Shown here: positions 60,982 through 64,000 of the stretch, piece after piece
How the letters are laid out: every line of letters starts with the position of its first letter
Position numbering within the stretch: position 1 is the first letter of the stretch
Made by a program: the position numbers and the translations under genes
The notes under the pieces: generated by a model
Database searches by the model: none
The model's input: the letters and a program-made list of their open reading frames with translations, nothing else
What the model was told of the DNA's origin: nothing
Assembly: GCA_965116885.1 (NCBI GenBank)
Contig: OZ220741.1
Coordinates: forward strand, 5,248,001-5,312,000
Source of the DNA: Candidatus Latescibacterota bacterium
GTDB lineage: Bacteria > Latescibacterota > UBA2968
DNA length: 64,000 nt
Direction: 5' to 3'

Positions 60982-61087
60982 TTTTCAGATAGTAAAAAAA
61001 CGAAGAAATTACGAACCACAATATTTTTCTGACACCAAGCATTTGGATCAACAACTCGCACTTTTTGAATCCCTTGCAGGAGTTACC

Positions 61088-61522
61088 ATGGCACAAGCAG
61101 AAATTGGCGATCGCGTATTGATTTATTACAAGGGAATCCTTGAAGACGGAACCATAGCCGAAGGTACACCTGAGAATGAACCATTTGAATTTACAGTGGG
61201 AGACGAATCTGTAAAAGGCATATTCACACGCCTTGTAAACGGATTAGAAGAAGGCGATTCTCGCACGGTCATCCTATCTCCAGAAGATGCGTTTGGACCC
61301 TATAATCCCGACTTTGTAATCGAAGTTGCGCGATCGAAATTTCCTCCCGATGCACTTCTCGAAAAGGGAATGCGCATGGAAGTACAATCCGACCCCAATG
61401 GCACACCCGTCGAAGTCTCCGTAAAAGAAATAACATCTCAAACCGTGACATTAGACGGCAACCATCCCTTTGCGGGTGAAGAAATTACGATGACGATTCA
61501 ATTGGTAGAGATAGTAGTTTAG
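61088..61522 (+). CDS. FKBP-type peptidyl-prolyl isomerase (SlyD/SlpA-like, no His tail)
   Basis: GDRVLIYYKG, PFEFTVG, PEDAFG and LDGNHPFAG. ATG 61088 after AGGAG. Confidence 0.92.
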   Translation: MAQAEIGDRVLIYYKGILEDGTIAEGTPENEPFEFTVGDESVKGIFTRLVNGLEEGDSRTVILSPEDAFGPYNPDFVIEVARSKFPPDALLEKGMRMEVQSDPNGTPVEVSVKEITSQTVTLDGNHPFAGEEITMTIQLVEIVV

Positions 61523-61587
61523 TTGTACGAACGCATTGCCAAAATACAAAAGAAGACCATCCGCAAACCTTCTGGTGATCTCAAAAC

Positions 61588-62514
61588 ATGTCTTATATCC
61601 GCTGTTTCGACAATTACAGTTCCCCTTACTATATACCTACTGAAAATCTACGAGGTTTGTTTAAAGATCAGATTGTTCAACCATTTGAAGACCGTCCACG
61701 CACTTCCTCGTGGATAAACCTGGTGAAAAATAAAGACTACCAGTATCATACAGTGGAAATTCTAGGTCGAGGGCGGACCAATTTTAGTGAATGGCATGAC
61801 GGGCTTTCCCCAAAAGATAAAGTGGCCCTTTATTGTGTTCATTATATGCCTATGCACCTTTTTTCTTCTTATCATATCTTTACAAAGCACCTCACATCCG
61901 TAAGCAATAGAGTTGTATTCATTGACTTCGGTTGCGGTCCGTTAACTTCAGGTATTGCGTTTTGGGCTTCTGCAAGACAAAGCGACATGATTTATTTAGG
62001 AATTGATAGTTCGCAAGCGATGCTTAATAAGGCAAAGGAAATCAACCGATATGGATCTAATAAAAATAGAGAACCATTCTTCAGAAATTTTCAAGCAATT
62101 GGTGACTACCATAAATTGATATCCTTATTGGACTATTACATAAAAAAAGGTGATAGGACACAGATCATATTTAACTTCTGTTACTTTCTCGCAAGCCAAA
62201 CAATAGACATAGGTGACTTGTCCGAGAGCCTTACTCAGATTGTAAAAAAATATTGCCAGCATAAAATGTGCATAGTGTATCAGAATCCGCCACTCCCAGA
62301 AATAGACTTACCGCTCAAATTATCATTTTTACATAAAAATTGGACAATTCTCAAAGATAACCTGTCGGTGTTTACAAGCCAAGTAACCCAATCAAACGTC
62401 GAGTCATTCTGTTATAATAGCTTAACAGGTGGTTTCCGCCACAATGCCAAGGTCTATTGTGATATACTTTCTAACGAGTCATTTGACCTTTCTAACGATC
62501 TATTACCGTTTTAG
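61588..62514 (+). CDS. Hypothetical class I SAM-dependent methyltransferase-like protein
   Basis: Motif I 'VVFIDFGCGP' and motif II 'YLGIDSSQAM'; AT-rich. Confidence 0.65.
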   Translation: MSYIRCFDNYSSPYYIPTENLRGLFKDQIVQPFEDRPRTSSWINLVKNKDYQYHTVEILGRGRTNFSEWHDGLSPKDKVALYCVHYMPMHLFSSYHIFTKHLTSVSNRVVFIDFGCGPLTSGIAFWASARQSDMIYLGIDSSQAMLNKAKEINRYGSNKNREPFFRNFQAIGDYHKLISLLDYYIKKGDRTQIIFNFCYFLASQTIDIGDLSESLTQIVKKYCQHKMCIVYQNPPLPEIDLPLKLSFLHKNWTILKDNLSVFTSQVTQSNVESFCYNSLTGGFRHNAKVYCDILSNESFDLSNDLLPF

Positions 62515-62532
62515 ACCATCGGAGACCTAACA

Positions 62533-63165
62533 ATGCAAGAAGAATTCGGCTTCCTCTCTGAATCGCCCCAGCCGTCTCTGTCCCCTCCAAGCAATCAGGA
62601 GGCGATTGATGCAATCGCCGGGCTTGATTACATAGAAGACTATATCAATGAGAGTAAACATAATATGCTGATGAAGCGGATTGATGAACAACAGTGGCTC
62701 AACGACCTGAAACGGCGGGTTCAGCATTACGGGTATAAGTACGACTACAAAGCGCGGAGGGTAGTCCGTGATATGCGTATTGGTAAATTGCCTGAGTGGT
62801 TGGAAGAGTTAGCCAAGGAATTATGTGAAGATGGACACATGCCAGAAGTTGCTGATCAGGTAATTGTGAATAATTACAAACCAAGACAAGGGATCTCAAG
62901 GCATATTGATTGTGAACCTTGTTTTGAAGATACGATTGTTTCTTTAAGTTTGGGGTCGGGCTGTTTTATGGATTTCACAAACAAAGATAAGACAGAAAAA
63001 TTTCCGGTTTGGCTTGCGCCAAGAAGTATTGTCGTCTTGAAAGATGAAGCGAGATATGAATGGTTGCACGGGATTGCCCCCAGAAAATCGGATACATGGG
63101 AAGGGAACACGGTACCGCGGGAACGAAGAGTATCGCTTACTTTTAGAAAGGTGATTATAGATTGA
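62533..63165 (+). CDS. AlkB-family 2OG-Fe(II) dioxygenase
   Basis: RRVQHYGYKYDY, QVIVNNY, HID (HxD), SLSLGS, WLHGI and RVSLTFR. Confidence 0.92.
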   Translation: MQEEFGFLSESPQPSLSPPSNQEAIDAIAGLDYIEDYINESKHNMLMKRIDEQQWLNDLKRRVQHYGYKYDYKARRVVRDMRIGKLPEWLEELAKELCEDGHMPEVADQVIVNNYKPRQGISRHIDCEPCFEDTIVSLSLGSGCFMDFTNKDKTEKFPVWLAPRSIVVLKDEARYEWLHGIAPRKSDTWEGNTVPRERRVSLTFRKVIID

Positions 63166-63202
63166 TGCCTGGAAAATCGCTGATTGATTGAAAGGATGAA
63201 AA

Positions 63203-63682
63203 TTGAATTCACAGATTTTGAGTGTATATGCGGATACATCCGTTTTTGGTGGTGTATTCGATGAAGAGTTTCGTCAGGCCAGTGAGTCCTTTTTCGATAT
63301 GGTTCGACATGGATATTTTAACCTGTTGACATCAGTCGTGGTGCAAGAGGAGATCGGGTCTGCCCCTGCGGAAGTTGTAACACACTTTGAACAGATGCTT
63401 AACTTTGCAGAAATTGTAGGGATTTCTGAGGAGGTTTTACAACTCCAGCAGGCTTACTTAAATGCGAAAATTGTGACCGAAAAATGGGCAGCGGACGCCC
63501 TACACGTCGCCTTGGCCACTGTAGGAGGTTGCTCAATGATTGTAAGTTGGAATTTCAAACATATCGTACATTTTTCAAAAATTCCGCTATACAATGCGGT
63601 AAACACACTTTCTGGATACTCAAATATTGCTATCCATTCCCCTCATGAGGCGATCAACTATGAAGACGAAGAAGACATTTGA
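63203..63682 (+). CDS. PIN-domain protein (VapC-like toxin)
   Basis: YADTSVFGG, EE, DALHVA and IVSWNFKH. Confidence 0.88.
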   Translation: MNSQILSVYADTSVFGGVFDEEFRQASESFFDMVRHGYFNLLTSVVVQEEIGSAPAEVVTHFEQMLNFAEIVGISEEVLQLQQAYLNAKIVTEKWAADALHVALATVGGCSMIVSWNFKHIVHFSKIPLYNAVNTLSGYSNIAIHSPHEAINYEDEEDI

Positions 63683-63839
63683 TTGCGTTGAGATGAAACG
63701 CCGTGGCGCAGAACAAATCTACAATCAAGTAGCAAACATGACACTCAAAGAACAACTGGCGTTCTGGCGAGAACGTACCGAGTTGCTGCGAAAGCATCAG
63801 CAAACGATAAAAATGAAAAGCGAGACATCTGTGAATTAA
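63660..63839 (+). CDS. Small putative antitoxin partner of the PIN protein
   Basis: MKTKKTFDCVEMKRRGAEQI...MTLKEQLAFW, overlapping the PIN gene's 3' end. Confidence 0.65.
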   Translation: MKTKKTFDCVEMKRRGAEQIYNQVANMTLKEQLAFWRERTELLRKHQQTIKMKSETSVN

Positions 63840-63873
63840 ATGCGATGCGCTTGACCGACTGGGTGCCACTTAT

Positions 63874-64000
63874 ATGGAAAGAGGCTTAAAGGGCTACATT
63901 CGCGGTCTGAATCGTAGGGGTGTGAATGGGATTCCTGATCGAGAAACGGAACAACTGAAAGACTACCTCGAATTTCTAACCTGGAAAGCCAAGGAGAAGA
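63874..64000 (+). CDS. Partial small ORF, DUF2281-like antitoxin motif, runs off the window edge
   Basis: MERGLKGYIRGLNRRGVNGIPDRETEQLKDYLEFLTWKAKEK; the 'P...EQLKDYLEFL' pattern resembles DUF2281. Confidence 0.35.
   Translation, partial: MERGLKGYIRGLNRRGVNGIPDRETEQLKDYLEFLTWKAKEK

Overview
A 64-kb bacterial chromosome segment, mostly housekeeping. A PorV/PorQ-family gene, a C-terminal dockerin-like 'DFSDFLLFAAAFG' protein and several sulfatases and PhyH dioxygenases fit an FCB-group organism such as Latescibacterota (inference, not a database result). In order along the window: PhyH dioxygenase, M16 peptidase, Ldh_2 dehydrogenase; a lysine riboswitch ahead of dapA-dapB; an oversized transaldolase; hrcA-grpE-dnaJ without dnaK; a secreted CxxCH protein with a temptin-like N-terminus; glnA; uppS-cdsA-dxr-rseP; a dcw cluster lacking mraY, murD, murG and ddl; an apparently intact IS200/IS605 element (tnpA+tnpB) whose ends, TAM (TTGAC) and guide can be read from the sequence; a catabolic block (two sulfatases, C26 hydrolase, DMFase-like amidase, metallophosphoesterase-beta-propeller, kdgK-eda-ROK); tgt-yajC-fmt; and from about 59.7 kb an accessory, defence-like region. 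That region holds an AbiTii-like/HEPN-like/helix-hairpin-helix fusion, a SAM-methyltransferase plus AlkB pair and a PIN toxin-antitoxin module. The best novelty candidates are the AbiTii-HEPN-HhH fusion, the temptin-like cytochrome, the MTase/AlkB pair, a probable ATT start for tgt, a candidate glnA attenuator, and 7-9-nt tandem repeats at many gene junctions. No rRNA, tRNA or CRISPR array was seen. All family calls come from motif recognition by eye.
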